A stretch of DNA of 64,000 nucleotides, taken from assembly GCA_964651815.1 (NCBI GenBank), contig CAZYWG010000008.1:4824-68823 (forward strand), read 5' to 3'. This DNA comes from an uncultured Gammaproteobacteria bacterium (GTDB lineage: Bacteria > Patescibacteriota > Microgenomatia > Levybacterales > GWA1-39-11). The notes below the pieces were generated by a model. That model saw only the letters and a list, made by a program, of their open reading frames with translations. It searched no databases and was not told the DNA's origin. The translations under genes and the position numbers were made by a program. How positions within the stretch are numbered: the stretch's first letter is position 1; each line of letters starts with the position of its first letter. Below, piece by piece: positions 1-9,160 of this stretch.

Positions 1-159
1 CAAAATAAGAAAAATGAGTGGATAGTAAAAACAGCCTGGCGTGATCCTGAGCTCCCAGGAACAGCAGACGCAAAACGTAAAGCCGTTTGGAAACAATACA
101 ACAAAGCCGGAACTCTCGGAAAAATCTGGATCCAAATTAAACTACAAATGGGATTCTAA
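1..159 (+). CDS. 3' end of a CDS entering the window (possibly DUF4258-like)
   Basis: Frame 1 is open from base 1 to TAA at 157-159: QNKKNEWIVKTAWRDPELPG...KLQMGF*. It converges on the next gene. Confidence 0.6.
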   Translation, partial: QNKKNEWIVKTAWRDPELPGTADAKRKAVWKQYNKAGTLGKIWIQIKLQMGF

Positions 160-2438
160 ATGGAGTATGCAATATCTGGTTTTTTAATTTTTGCCTCTAG
201 AAATAGTTGCGGAATAAAACTACCTTCATAATAGGCTATAATATTTCTATAGCCTTGAACTCCTATCTTATTAAAAAAATCTTCAACATTTTCAAATTCA
301 CCCGATGAATGCTCAAGTTCCGCCAAATGCTCAAAGTATCTTTTTTTTATTTCAGCCTGCTGATTTTTAGGAGAAGAGCCTACCATTTCAGTAATCATCT
401 GACCAACAACTTTGCTTGCAAGGTATCTTACAACTATGTCATCCATCTCCTCTCCTGCCAGTGGCAAGAATTGAGCCGGCTCACCGCCTTTATTACTTAA
501 ATTCAATTTATATATTAATTGCATACCTCTGAATATAATCTGACCAGATTCATCATGCTCAACAATTTGACTCATTGCTTCGATACCTGAGTCCACTTTA
601 TTAGGGTCCAACCCCGGATAATCTTCAACCCATGCTGTTCTTTTTTGCTCTAGACCATTTTTCATTATCTCAATCATTGAGCCGTCTCTTGGGTAATCCC
701 TAAAAATAGGTGAAGCAAATATCGCATTAGTAACAATATCAGTTGCGAGCTTAATCTCAAGCCAATTATTCATCTCAATGTCCTGATCTTCCAATAATTT
801 ATAAGTATCGCTTGGCAAGCATAATGTAGGCTGTGGAAAAGAATAGTCGACAAATGCAGAATCAGGTACTTTCCTTCTCACAGGTTTTACATAACCCATA
901 TTACCGAGTAAAAAATCCCTAAAAGAATTGAGCTCTGTTTCGGGCATGTTCTCGTATGTTTTTTGATACTCATCCTGAGGAAGCCACAGAACATTTTCCC
1001 TAATGAAAGTGTAAGCTAGAGGATAAAAATCTTTTAACGTTTTGTCCGCAAGTGAAATAATTTCATCTGCTCTTTTTGGTTTTTCTTCTCTGACTTCCGC
1101 TCCATCACCAAAAGCCATCGCAATAAGTTTATCCAATGGTTCGACACTAACTTCAGGAACCACGATAGGGATAGACCTTGGAGGCTTTGCACTTCTCTTA
1201 AAAATTTGCTTTGGCGCTATTGGCGGTTTTCCCTTTTTCTTTTTTTCTCTTTTTTGTTTATTTTCATCTGATTCATCAACTGATTCACCGCGCTCAGGAT
1301 TATCAGCAACTTCCATGGGTTCTGCTATTGGCAGGATGGTCTTCTCAACAGGACTATTTATCCCTATTTCTATTTCTGCAGATGCAAGAATTTCTATTTC
1401 AGGTTGCAAAATTGGCGTTACAGCTTCTTTAAGATTTTGCTCCTGCGGTTTTTCAACCTCAGCCATTCTTGCGAAAGGAATTCCTTCATTTTCTAGAAAT
1501 ATTAACCCCATTTCCGAGGAAACTATTCTGGGAAAAAGATCATTAATTCCGCGTTGATCCAAAAATGCTTTGAGCTCTAGAAATCGATCACCCCGTTCAT
1601 GCTCGCGATACGGGTAATCCGACGGCCATTCCTCAGGTTGTATAAACCACCGTTTACCGTTAATTCTAGAATTGCCCAAACGTTTTTTTAAATTGTCTTC
1701 AGGGACCCTATATAGCATTTGAAGAAGGAGTGTCTCTTCGTATTCGTAATAAGCATCAAGAGTGCGTCCGTTAAGCATTAACCCTACTACTGCACCCTCT
1801 GCTTGAAGCGATAATTTTTCCCCATCTTTAATCTGCACTTTCATATCTTCCATAAGTTTAATTACTATAGGATCAAATGGGTTTTTTACGTATTCTGGTA
1901 TATGGCCTACAGCCTCTTGAGCTAACTGAACTAATACTTCCCGGCTTGCTTCCAATTTAACAACCGGAGTTAGTTCCTGAGTAACAGCTTGGACCAGAGA
2001 CCTAAAAAGGTACAATGATCCCTGAGATGCAAGAAGTTGGTCTTTCTTACTTACAATTGAATCTTGGAAAAAGTGTACAAAAGGTTCTGTTGATATTAAA
2101 ACATCAGCTGGATCTTGAGGGTTATCTTTTTGGATGTCATAGTAAGGTACTTGAGGTAAATACGCGTCTTTTAAGTATATTCCCCTACTCCGAGTTTCTC
2201 CTACTATTACATTATTGAAAGTAACGTGCCTAGAAAACGATTCTGCACGTTCTTCATAAGGGACAAATAAATTACCAGTTGCAAAGTTGAATTGTGATGG
2301 GTTTATTCCAAAAGATTTCTGCAAAACAGTACGCGACTCTCTTATAACTTCTCTAACATATGGATTACGAGAAAGACGTAACGCATCTTTTGAGCCCTGG
2401 TTTGATTCTGCTTGTTTTCCAACGGTTCTTTCAGGCAT
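156..2438 (-). CDS. Large hypothetical protein, 760 aa, with a charged Lys/Pro-rich central linker
   Basis: Long ORF with an extended -10 (TGCTATAAT) a few nt before the ATG; no family motif recognised. Confidence 0.85.
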   Translation of the reverse strand: MPERTVGKQAESNQGSKDALRLSRNPYVREVIRESRTVLQKSFGINPSQFNFATGNLFVPYEERAESFSRHVTFNNVIVGETRSRGIYLKDAYLPQVPYYDIQKDNPQDPADVLISTEPFVHFFQDSIVSKKDQLLASQGSLYLFRSLVQAVTQELTPVVKLEASREVLVQLAQEAVGHIPEYVKNPFDPIVIKLMEDMKVQIKDGEKLSLQAEGAVVGLMLNGRTLDAYYEYEETLLLQMLYRVPEDNLKKRLGNSRINGKRWFIQPEEWPSDYPYREHERGDRFLELKAFLDQRGINDLFPRIVSSEMGLIFLENEGIPFARMAEVEKPQEQNLKEAVTPILQPEIEILASAEIEIGINSPVEKTILPIAEPMEVADNPERGESVDESDENKQKREKKKKGKPPIAPKQIFKRSAKPPRSIPIVVPEVSVEPLDKLIAMAFGDGAEVREEKPKRADEIISLADKTLKDFYPLAYTFIRENVLWLPQDEYQKTYENMPETELNSFRDFLLGNMGYVKPVRRKVPDSAFVDYSFPQPTLCLPSDTYKLLEDQDIEMNNWLEIKLATDIVTNAIFASPIFRDYPRDGSMIEIMKNGLEQKRTAWVEDYPGLDPNKVDSGIEAMSQIVEHDESGQIIFRGMQLIYKLNLSNKGGEPAQFLPLAGEEMDDIVVRYLASKVVGQMITEMVGSSPKNQQAEIKKRYFEHLAELEHSSGEFENVEDFFNKIGVQGYRNIIAYYEGSFIPQLFLEAKIKKPDIAYSI

Positions 2439-2493
2439 CCGAATATTATAGCAGACCTATAATAAATGCTCAAGCTTTTCCGTGAAATTTATT

Positions 2494-4002
2494 TTACCCG
2501 AGACTCCTTCTGAGGATTCCGGCTTGGGTTATGAGTTCCCTTTCCGAATCTATATCATCTAGCCTTCCCAGAATTTTACTAGTAATCACACTGTGCTGTT
2601 TTTCATCTTTTGTAATGGATTCTAATTCTGTCCCTAAATAGTTTTCAATAAATCTTACATCTTCTTCAACCTCTTTCCACGCCGGATTTTTTTTGGCGAG
2701 TTTTTTTAAATTTTCTTTGTTCAAGAATTTTCCTGCTTGCAACAGGTCATGCCTTAGATTTACAAAATATTTTTCAAGAAGCCCTATCTTTTTTGTTCTG
2801 ATTGCGTAATCAATGGCGCGTCCTGTACCAATTAGCTCAGGTGGAACACCTAAAGAATACATAACGCAAGTGTATGATATTGCCCTTGGAAGTTTTATTT
2901 TACCCTCTCCTCTGGCATAACCAAACAGCCCAACATGCAAAAAACGCTCTCGCCTTTGTGGGATTGCTTCTGCAAGCTTATTTATAATAGGCGCAATATT
3001 CTCAACTACACTTTTGTAGTATTTCTCTGCTTGAATAATAAGAAGAACCAAATTCTTTTCGTCACCGGCCGAAATATCTTGAGCCTGACCTTTTGGAAGT
3101 CTTTTTTCAAATGCAGCGATCCCTTCTTTTACTTTTTCAAGAGGATAATCATGGCGGAATGCGCTCTGAATAGTTGTGGTCCTGACGCCTTTGTATTCTT
3201 CTATGAAGTTATCAATGTTGTCAGGCGAAACGCCACCGCGGAAAGGAAGAGACCCGGCTCCAATTATTGGGTAAAGCGGCATCTTCAATTTCTCTGAAAG
3301 TTTTTTGTAATGGGACAATGCAATTTTTACGCCTAAGACTGTTGGAATAATTCCGGAATTGAGAGCCGGGTCAGATCTTGCTACATAAGGCCTGAAATAG
3401 GCTGGCATTTTTTTGAATCTTTTTTTGTAAAGAGCGAAATATTTTTCAAGAATTTTATCAGACCGGATCATAGTTGAAACTTGTTCAAAAAGAGGGATTA
3501 CCTGAAGAAAATCTATCCCATGATCTTGTTTAAATAATGGGTGTTTGAGATGACTGATTTCAGCAAAAGCTTCTTGAATTGCAAAAATTTCCTCGGCCGT
3601 TTCTGTCATTGGAATAATTACTTCAAAAATTGAAGGACTGTGAAGTCCAAAATGTTTTGAAATAGACGCTGCAGAAATTATATTCATGAAAGCACGGCTG
3701 AGGCGGAATTCCGTTTCGACTTTTGGGTTGGGCAGACGGAAAGTCAAAAATTTATCTTTACCTATTGGATTTTTCTTAAAATAATCAAAGTATTTTGCAA
3801 AAAGCCTTTCGAGAACGGATTCATCAACTAACTTTCCTTCCCAATCCCATTTGTATTCCGTTGCACCAAGCTCGGCATATGATCTATATGCTTCTTCAGC
3901 TTCCTCTTGAGTACTTATATACGCACTGTCATGCCAATAAGGTACACTTGCGTGATCCGGATGCTGGGTTACCATAGTTGCTGGGATTTTCCTTGATTTC
4001 AT
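2494..4002 (-). CDS. ppcA: Phosphoenolpyruvate carboxylase, archaeal type
   Basis: N-terminal IPATMVTQHPD, WDWEGK, ARSDPALNSG, GSLPFRGG, LPRAI and C-terminal RRSLG motifs; about 500 aa. Confidence 0.93.
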   Translation of the reverse strand: MKSRKIPATMVTQHPDHASVPYWHDSAYISTQEEAEEAYRSYAELGATEYKWDWEGKLVDESVLERLFAKYFDYFKKNPIGKDKFLTFRLPNPKVETEFRLSRAFMNIISAASISKHFGLHSPSIFEVIIPMTETAEEIFAIQEAFAEISHLKHPLFKQDHGIDFLQVIPLFEQVSTMIRSDKILEKYFALYKKRFKKMPAYFRPYVARSDPALNSGIIPTVLGVKIALSHYKKLSEKLKMPLYPIIGAGSLPFRGGVSPDNIDNFIEEYKGVRTTTIQSAFRHDYPLEKVKEGIAAFEKRLPKGQAQDISAGDEKNLVLLIIQAEKYYKSVVENIAPIINKLAEAIPQRRERFLHVGLFGYARGEGKIKLPRAISYTCVMYSLGVPPELIGTGRAIDYAIRTKKIGLLEKYFVNLRHDLLQAGKFLNKENLKKLAKKNPAWKEVEEDVRFIENYLGTELESITKDEKQHSVITSKILGRLDDIDSERELITQAGILRRSLG

Positions 4003-4048
4003 AATGTAAACAAACGAATGAAATTATAACAGAAATATAATTTGGTTG

Positions 4049-4078
4049 TTGACAAAAGTACTGCAAAAGTTTTACGCT
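4049..4078 (+). promoter_or_regulatory. Sigma70-type promoter of the candidate sRNA
   Basis: TTGACA (4049-4054), 18-nt spacer, TACGCT (4073-4078). Confidence 0.55.
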
Positions 4079-4083
4079 TAAAT

Positions 4084-4213
4084 AGTCGCATCTGTCGACT
4101 GATGTGGACTTGCCAAAGAAGTTACTAGTACTTTAGAGGGACAAGACTGCCCGGTATGCCTTAAAAAAGTGTACCAACAAGTGAAAAGATCTGTCCACAA
4201 GATGGATCTTTTT
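4084..4213 (+). ncRNA. Candidate small structured RNA, about 130 nt
   Basis: Lies between a promoter and an intrinsic terminator with no credible ORF. Hairpins AGTCGCATC/GATGTGGACT and GGTATGC/GTGTACC contain G-U pairs that favour the + strand. Confidence 0.55.
4184..4213 (+). terminator. Intrinsic terminator
   Basis: AAAAGATCTGTC-CACAA-GATGGATCTTTTT hairpin ending in a U tract. Confidence 0.75.
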
Positions 4214-4274
4214 GCTTTTATAAGCACTTTTTACTTGCGCGAATTGACTAATTTCAACTTTAAATTATAATGAA

Positions 4275-5270
4275 ATGATGTTCTCCGGAAGGCCACTTTT
4301 ATTCGTGATATTATTGGCTATCACGATACGGCTTCTTGCATTATTTATCAGTATCAAAAATCCACATTTTGCTTTTCAACAAGATAATTATCTAAATTAT
4401 ATTCTAGAACTCAGAACCGGAAAACTTAATATTGAAACCAACGTAGACTCGAGACTTTTCCCGGGATACCCGCTACTCATGCTGTTAATTTCAACTCTCA
4501 CCACGGTTCCACTTTTTATATCAGGCTTATTAATAAGCTTTGCTTCATCCATTTCTTCCATTATTTTATTTAACAATATGGTTAAGAATAAAATCGCCAC
4601 TTTATTGCTTTCAATTTTTCCTTCGGTTTGGATCTTATCTTCAATTAAAATCTCAACAGAACCTTTAACCGTCTTTTTACTACTCGCTTCCCTGTATTTA
4701 TTTTTGAAAAAAAAAATATTTTTGGCTGGGCTTATTCTGGGCTATGCAACCGGAGTGAGGCTTATTGCTATATGCTTATTCGCTGCACTAATGGTAGTAG
4801 GTTTCAAATGGTATGGACGAGAAAAACTCTTACCCTTGATTTCTGGATTTATTCTTGTATTATCATTTTTTGTTTGTTTCAATTTACTCGTCTTTGGTGA
4901 TATTTTTCATCAATTAGTAATCTACCCCAAAATTGGGGGTGCTTCCGGCAGCGCAATCGGAATAATCCAACTCGCAAAAGATATCCCGAGAACACTTGAC
5001 TGGCATCAGTATAGAATTTTCTTCTCCGGGCTATTTTATATTCTTATGTTTGTGGCTTCTGTTATATTTTTATCAAAATACAAAATCAAAAACAGTATTT
5101 TAGGAATTTGTTTTTTTTGGGCTTTGTTTTCATTGGCTTTCATACTTTTATATGGCCCGTCTCCCTTACTTGAAGAGTTTGGAAGATTTTCAATTCCAGC
5201 TCTCCCTGCAATAATTTTGGGAATCACAACTTTTTTTGACAATCGGAAAATTCTTATTACCCGAAAATGA
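4275..5270 (+). CDS. GT-C fold membrane glycosyltransferase (mannosyltransferase/PMT-like)
   Basis: Polytopic membrane protein with LFPGYPLL, STEPL and late RF motifs. Leaderless promoter TTGACT...TATAAT lies directly upstream. Confidence 0.7.
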   Translation: MMFSGRPLLFVILLAITIRLLALFISIKNPHFAFQQDNYLNYILELRTGKLNIETNVDSRLFPGYPLLMLLISTLTTVPLFISGLLISFASSISSIILFNNMVKNKIATLLLSIFPSVWILSSIKISTEPLTVFLLLASLYLFLKKKIFLAGLILGYATGVRLIAICLFAALMVVGFKWYGREKLLPLISGFILVLSFFVCFNLLVFGDIFHQLVIYPKIGGASGSAIGIIQLAKDIPRTLDWHQYRIFFSGLFYILMFVASVIFLSKYKIKNSILGICFFWALFSLAFILLYGPSPLLEEFGRFSIPALPAIILGITTFFDNRKILITRK

Positions 5271-6859
5271 ATACCTTGGCAAAACTGTTTTTTCCGATAT
5301 CACTTTTTATTGTGATGTTGTTTTTTTTAATGTCAGGGACATTAACAGAGTCCCCTGTTTTTGACGAGATAACACATTTAAACGCAGGTTATGAATTCTT
5401 GGTACACCATGATTTTAGGTACGAACCCCTCAACCCCCCGCTTGCACGCGAACTAATTGCTATTCCAGAATTGGCAAACAGGAAAGCTGTCATGAATGAT
5501 CTCAGACTTATTCTCCCAAGATTTATAGTAATTATTTTTACTTTATCTCTTGGTTTAATAGTTTATCTGTTTTCAAAAAAACTTTTCGGATTTTCTGCTG
5601 CAATACTCGCACTTTTCTTTTTTGCATTTGATCCAAATATTCTTTCATATGGCCATTATGCTCAAACAGATCTAATATTTACTTTTTTTTACGTTTTAAC
5701 AATATTTCTCTATTACCTGTGGCGTGATAAATTTACAAAGAGAAAGACAATTATTTTTGGAATTATCACAGGCCTTCTTTTATCAACCAAAACAACAGCC
5801 CTCCCTTTTTTAACATTACCAATGATTTTATTGCTTTTCCAAAAATACCGGCACAGCAAATTTTTAAGTATAAATTTTTTCAAAAAAAGGCTTTCTTATA
5901 TTCTTATATTTTTGGCAGCTTGTCTCTTGGCTCTGTGGGGGACATATTTTTTTACTTTTGAACCTTTACTTGGCTATAGATATGACCCGGCGCGTCCAGC
6001 TATAAAAATCGCACAACATAATATTTTTGTGAAATTCGCGCTCACTCAACCGCTACCTCTTGGAAGTTATGTCAGCACTATAAAACAACAATTAGTCTTT
6101 AACTATTCCGGACTTTACAGAAAAGACACAATGCTCCTTGGAAATGTTTCATACACTGGACAGCCGGGATTATTTTTTATTCCCCTCATATTTATTAAAA
6201 CGCCTTTCCCTCTTCTTATTCTCTTCTTTTTAACACTGTTTGCCTTCAGGAAAAAGTTTTCTAAAGATTTTATTCTACTCTCACCAATTTTAAGCATTAT
6301 CTTTATATCTATTTTAGGGAATACTACAATTGTCTATAGATATATACTTCCAATTGTCCCACTGATAATTATTTACTCTTCTCAAATAGTTTTAGTAAAA
6401 ATAAAAAAAGATTTTCTTAAAAAAGTATCACTTTATTTAGTCTTGATTTGGTATATGGCAGAAAGCTTTTCCGTCTTCCCACATTATTTGTCCTATGTTA
6501 ATTTGGTACTTGGAGGATATAAAAATGGATATAAATATGTTTTTGATTCCAACTATGATTGGGGACAAGGCTTAATAGAACTTAAAAACTACCAGGAGAA
6601 TCATAAAAATCAAAAATTACAATTTGCATATTTTGGAGAGGCATCCCCCGCAAGCTATGGGATAAAATATGAAAGAATTCATAATGTTTTTAGCTCCACA
6701 GACGGAAAACAGGAAACAAAACTTAACGTCCAAAAAAATTCAACTATTGCAATAAATGAAACGTGTTGGTATCTTTGTGGATATTATAAAAATCCAATTC
6801 TTAAAAATAAAAAGCCTGAAGAAATAGCAAAGGGTTCAATATTGATTTTTAGGTTTTGA
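5267..6859 (+). CDS. ArnT/PMT family (GT39/GT83-like) glycosyltransferase
   Basis: FDEITH, NPPLA, TD, RYILP and DSNYDWGQ motifs with many TM helices. Confidence 0.85.
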   Translation: MNTLAKLFFPISLFIVMLFFLMSGTLTESPVFDEITHLNAGYEFLVHHDFRYEPLNPPLARELIAIPELANRKAVMNDLRLILPRFIVIIFTLSLGLIVYLFSKKLFGFSAAILALFFFAFDPNILSYGHYAQTDLIFTFFYVLTIFLYYLWRDKFTKRKTIIFGIITGLLLSTKTTALPFLTLPMILLLFQKYRHSKFLSINFFKKRLSYILIFLAACLLALWGTYFFTFEPLLGYRYDPARPAIKIAQHNIFVKFALTQPLPLGSYVSTIKQQLVFNYSGLYRKDTMLLGNVSYTGQPGLFFIPLIFIKTPFPLLILFFLTLFAFRKKFSKDFILLSPILSIIFISILGNTTIVYRYILPIVPLIIIYSSQIVLVKIKKDFLKKVSLYLVLIWYMAESFSVFPHYLSYVNLVLGGYKNGYKYVFDSNYDWGQGLIELKNYQENHKNQKLQFAYFGEASPASYGIKYERIHNVFSSTDGKQETKLNVQKNSTIAINETCWYLCGYYKNPILKNKKPEEIAKGSILIFRF

Positions 6860-6868
6860 CGCATAAAT

Positions 6869-7408
6869 ATGAAAAATATTGCCGTATTTTGTTCTGCAAA
6901 TGATCTTCCTGAAAAGTATACAAATCCTGCCGTGGAATTTGCAGAGCTTATTGCCAAAAATGGGTACGGCCTTGTTTGGGGAGGCTCAAACACCGGTCTC
7001 ATGAAACTCATCGCATCGGCAGTGCAAGATTCCGGTGGAAAGATAACGGGCGTTTCCCTTGAAATATATAGGCATAAATTGCGGGAAAATGCCGACGAGA
7101 TGATAATTGAAAAGACTTTGGGAGAACGTAAAGCTACTATGCTTCTTAAGTCAGACGCAATAGTGGCTCTTGTTGGAGGTATTGGGACACTTGATGAAGT
7201 TACTGAGATAATTGAGCTCAAAAAGCAGGAATACCATAACAAACCTGTTGTAATACTAAATACTGAAAATTTTTATGAAGGTTTAAAAATGCAAATGCAA
7301 AAAATGGATGAAGAAGGATTTCTACCAAAAAAGTTAGAAGAATTTGTTTACTTTGCAGCAACGCCAATTGACGCGATTGACTACATAAATCTACACCTAA
7401 AAAGCTGA
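6869..7408 (+). CDS. LOG family (TIGR00730-type) nucleotide monophosphate phosphoribohydrolase
   Basis: IAVFCSA, LVWGG..GLM, ERK and GGIGTLDE motifs. Confidence 0.92.
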   Translation: MKNIAVFCSANDLPEKYTNPAVEFAELIAKNGYGLVWGGSNTGLMKLIASAVQDSGGKITGVSLEIYRHKLRENADEMIIEKTLGERKATMLLKSDAIVALVGGIGTLDEVTEIIELKKQEYHNKPVVILNTENFYEGLKMQMQKMDEEGFLPKKLEEFVYFAATPIDAIDYINLHLKS

Positions 7409-7431
7409 AACTATTATTATAGGACTGCGTA

Positions 7432-7460
7432 TGGACACTTTTTGGTCTTTGTGGTAATAT
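7432..7460 (+). promoter_or_regulatory. Sigma70 promoter with extended -10 driving a long-leader transcript
   Basis: TGGACA (7432-7437), 17 nt, TAATAT (7455-7460) preceded by TG-n. Confidence 0.55.
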
Positions 7461-7466
7461 CTGGTT

Positions 7467-7976
7467 AGAACCTGCCTCAATTATTACATTTTTATTATTA
7501 AAATAAGGGATAATCTAAATATTTCTTAAGGTTAGCGATAGTAGATTTAGTACTATCATTTTTCCACTTCCTAAAACTACTATCCCTGATCTTAAAATTC
7601 TCAGGAATATTTTATATCTTTCACATATTAATAGCTGATATGGATCGAAGGATTATAGAGTATAGCTCTTTAACATACGAGGATTTTCAAAACAGATATA
7701 AAAAGTTCCACACCTGGCAACCGAGGATGGAAAAAGCTGGCTAAAAATTTAACCGGCTCTTCCCGTCCTTGGTGAAATGGGTGCACAAAAGTGCTAGAGT
7801 TTGAAAAAACTGACAAATCCATTGTGATGAAATCTATTCATCATCACACACCTTGGGTGGTAACTTATCAATCGTCCTCATTCCAGGGACGTTATAATTC
7901 AAGTTGAGTTTTCTACTTGCCAACCGGGCAGGAAGTTAATTCCTTGAGATGGAAACGCACGTTAGCAGAGAGGTTA
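7467..7976 (+). ncRNA. Long structured 5' leader, about 510 nt
   Basis: No long ORF. Long imperfect hairpins at 7526-7550/7571-7595 and 7720-7773, plus short stems (GCAC-AAAA-GTGC; CGTCCT/GGGACG; CTTGCC/GGCAGG). Confidence 0.45.
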
Positions 7977-8765
7977 ATGGTGAACAAGATACCTAAGCTC
8001 CTAGTAATTGCGGTAGCGTTCGCACTCAGTGTGTTCGCAACCAACCTTGCCCCCGCGCATAAGGCGCAAGCAAGCTCGAATGCCTTCCCGGTGACTCGCC
8101 AGGAGGTAATCGACCAGTTCCAGGTGGAACACGATCCCAACGACGGCTGCTTCGACGTAACGAAAGACACGTCCGGCTGGGAAATACATGGTACGTGGTT
8201 TAAGGTGTACTCGCTCGGTTCGACAGCAATGCAGCTCAAGATCGACATGAACCCCGGCCACTACAACAAGGACGGCAAGGATGGCCTCGTCGCAGCACTA
8301 AATAGTAACCCAGTTCCTAACGGCGCTGGTGGAGAACGCTATTTCGTTCCTGCTGGTCAGACGGTTTTCGTCTTCAGCACCGGTGTATGTGGTGTCGGTA
8401 TGACGATATACCCCGGAGCCATCGGTTCCTCGCCTACTACGTCGTCCTACACGCCGCCTACGTACGTTGCGCCCCCAGCTCTGCCGTTTACTCCGCCCGC
8501 GACCGGATCCGGAGATTGTGTTATGACAGCACAGGAGGCTGCTCAGCACACCGGCTTGCCATATGACCCTAGCTACTTCCACCAGCAGGATGGTCCTAAC
8601 GGCCAGAAGTACAACGGTCCATCCGTCTCGGTCCACTCGGATCTTCCCCTGTATGAGGTGCTGACGCCCGGGTATCCCGCGCAACCAGGACTCCCATATG
8701 GGCAGTACGAGACGACCATTGTGGCAACGGTCTACAAGATTTGCTCTCCGGGCAACGCTAAGTAG
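7977..8765 (+). CDS. Secreted/surface protein: signal peptide, two small domains and a Pro/Thr linker (about 262 aa)
   Basis: SD GAGAGG at 7968-7973 before ATG 7977, preferred to the TTG at 7917. Basic-hydrophobic-AQA signal peptide, 4 Cys, and visibly more GC-rich than neighbouring genes. Confidence 0.85.
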   Translation: MVNKIPKLLVIAVAFALSVFATNLAPAHKAQASSNAFPVTRQEVIDQFQVEHDPNDGCFDVTKDTSGWEIHGTWFKVYSLGSTAMQLKIDMNPGHYNKDGKDGLVAALNSNPVPNGAGGERYFVPAGQTVFVFSTGVCGVGMTIYPGAIGSSPTTSSYTPPTYVAPPALPFTPPATGSGDCVMTAQEAAQHTGLPYDPSYFHQQDGPNGQKYNGPSVSVHSDLPLYEVLTPGYPAQPGLPYGQYETTIVATVYKICSPGNAK

Positions 8766-9077
8766 TCCGTAACAACTGAATATTGATCCGTTGATCTTGC
8801 GCTGAAACGCGTGAAGTAGGACGAAGGTAATACCTTTGCGATTGATCCCGTTAAAGATCAACCCCCCGCTTTTTAAGTCGCAAGACTTAAAAGTGTTTCT
8901 GTTTTGAGACATGGAACAAGTCGCAAATCGATTTCAATCTCCCAATAGCAAGGGACCAAACGATCGTACGTAGACGAACTCCATGCGGGTAAGGTATGAA
9001 GATTTTGCATCACGCAACCTCGCAGTTTTTACTGCATCAGCTTTTTGCTGATTTCAAACCCCTTTCCCACCCTCGTA
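8766..9077 (+). ncRNA. Multi-hairpin 3' UTR
   Basis: TTTGCGA(8835)/TCGCAAA(8927) closes a junction containing TTGATC/GATCAA and TTTTAAGTC-GCAA-GACTTAAAA (GNRA loop). Further stems: GCAGT/ACTGC and ATCAGC/GCTGAT. Confidence 0.55.
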
Positions 9078-9148
9078 TACGTACTACACGTTAAGCGTGT
9101 ACTGATGAGTCCGGTCTAGATTTTATCTGGACACAGGACGAATACGTA
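9078..9148 (+). ncRNA. Type III hammerhead ribozyme, U15.1-A16.1 core variant; predicted cleavage 3' of C9084
   Basis: Stem III UACGUA(9078-83)/UACGUA(9143-48); C17=9084; stem I UACACG/CGUGUA with loop UUAAG; CUGAUGA 9102-08; stem II GUCC/GGAC extended by GUCUAGA/UCUGGAC; GAA 9140-42. Confidence 0.88.
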
Positions 9149-9160
9149 ATGTGCCACAAA

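Noticed and set aside
8755-8835. CTAAGTA-GTCC...GGAC-GAA, resembling a second hammerhead at the start of the 3' UTR
   Set aside because: The core deviates from CUGANGA at essential positions, and no stems I or III can be built.
7913-8912. Minus-strand ORFs of 111, 86 and 204 aa over the secreted-protein gene
   Set aside because: Stop-poor antisense frames of a GC-rich gene, with no motifs or start signals.
7467-9148. Obelisk/viroid-like or retrozyme integrant
   Set aside because: There is only one ribozyme, no terminal direct repeats and no evident whole-length rod pairing, and the ORF encodes a signal-peptide protein.
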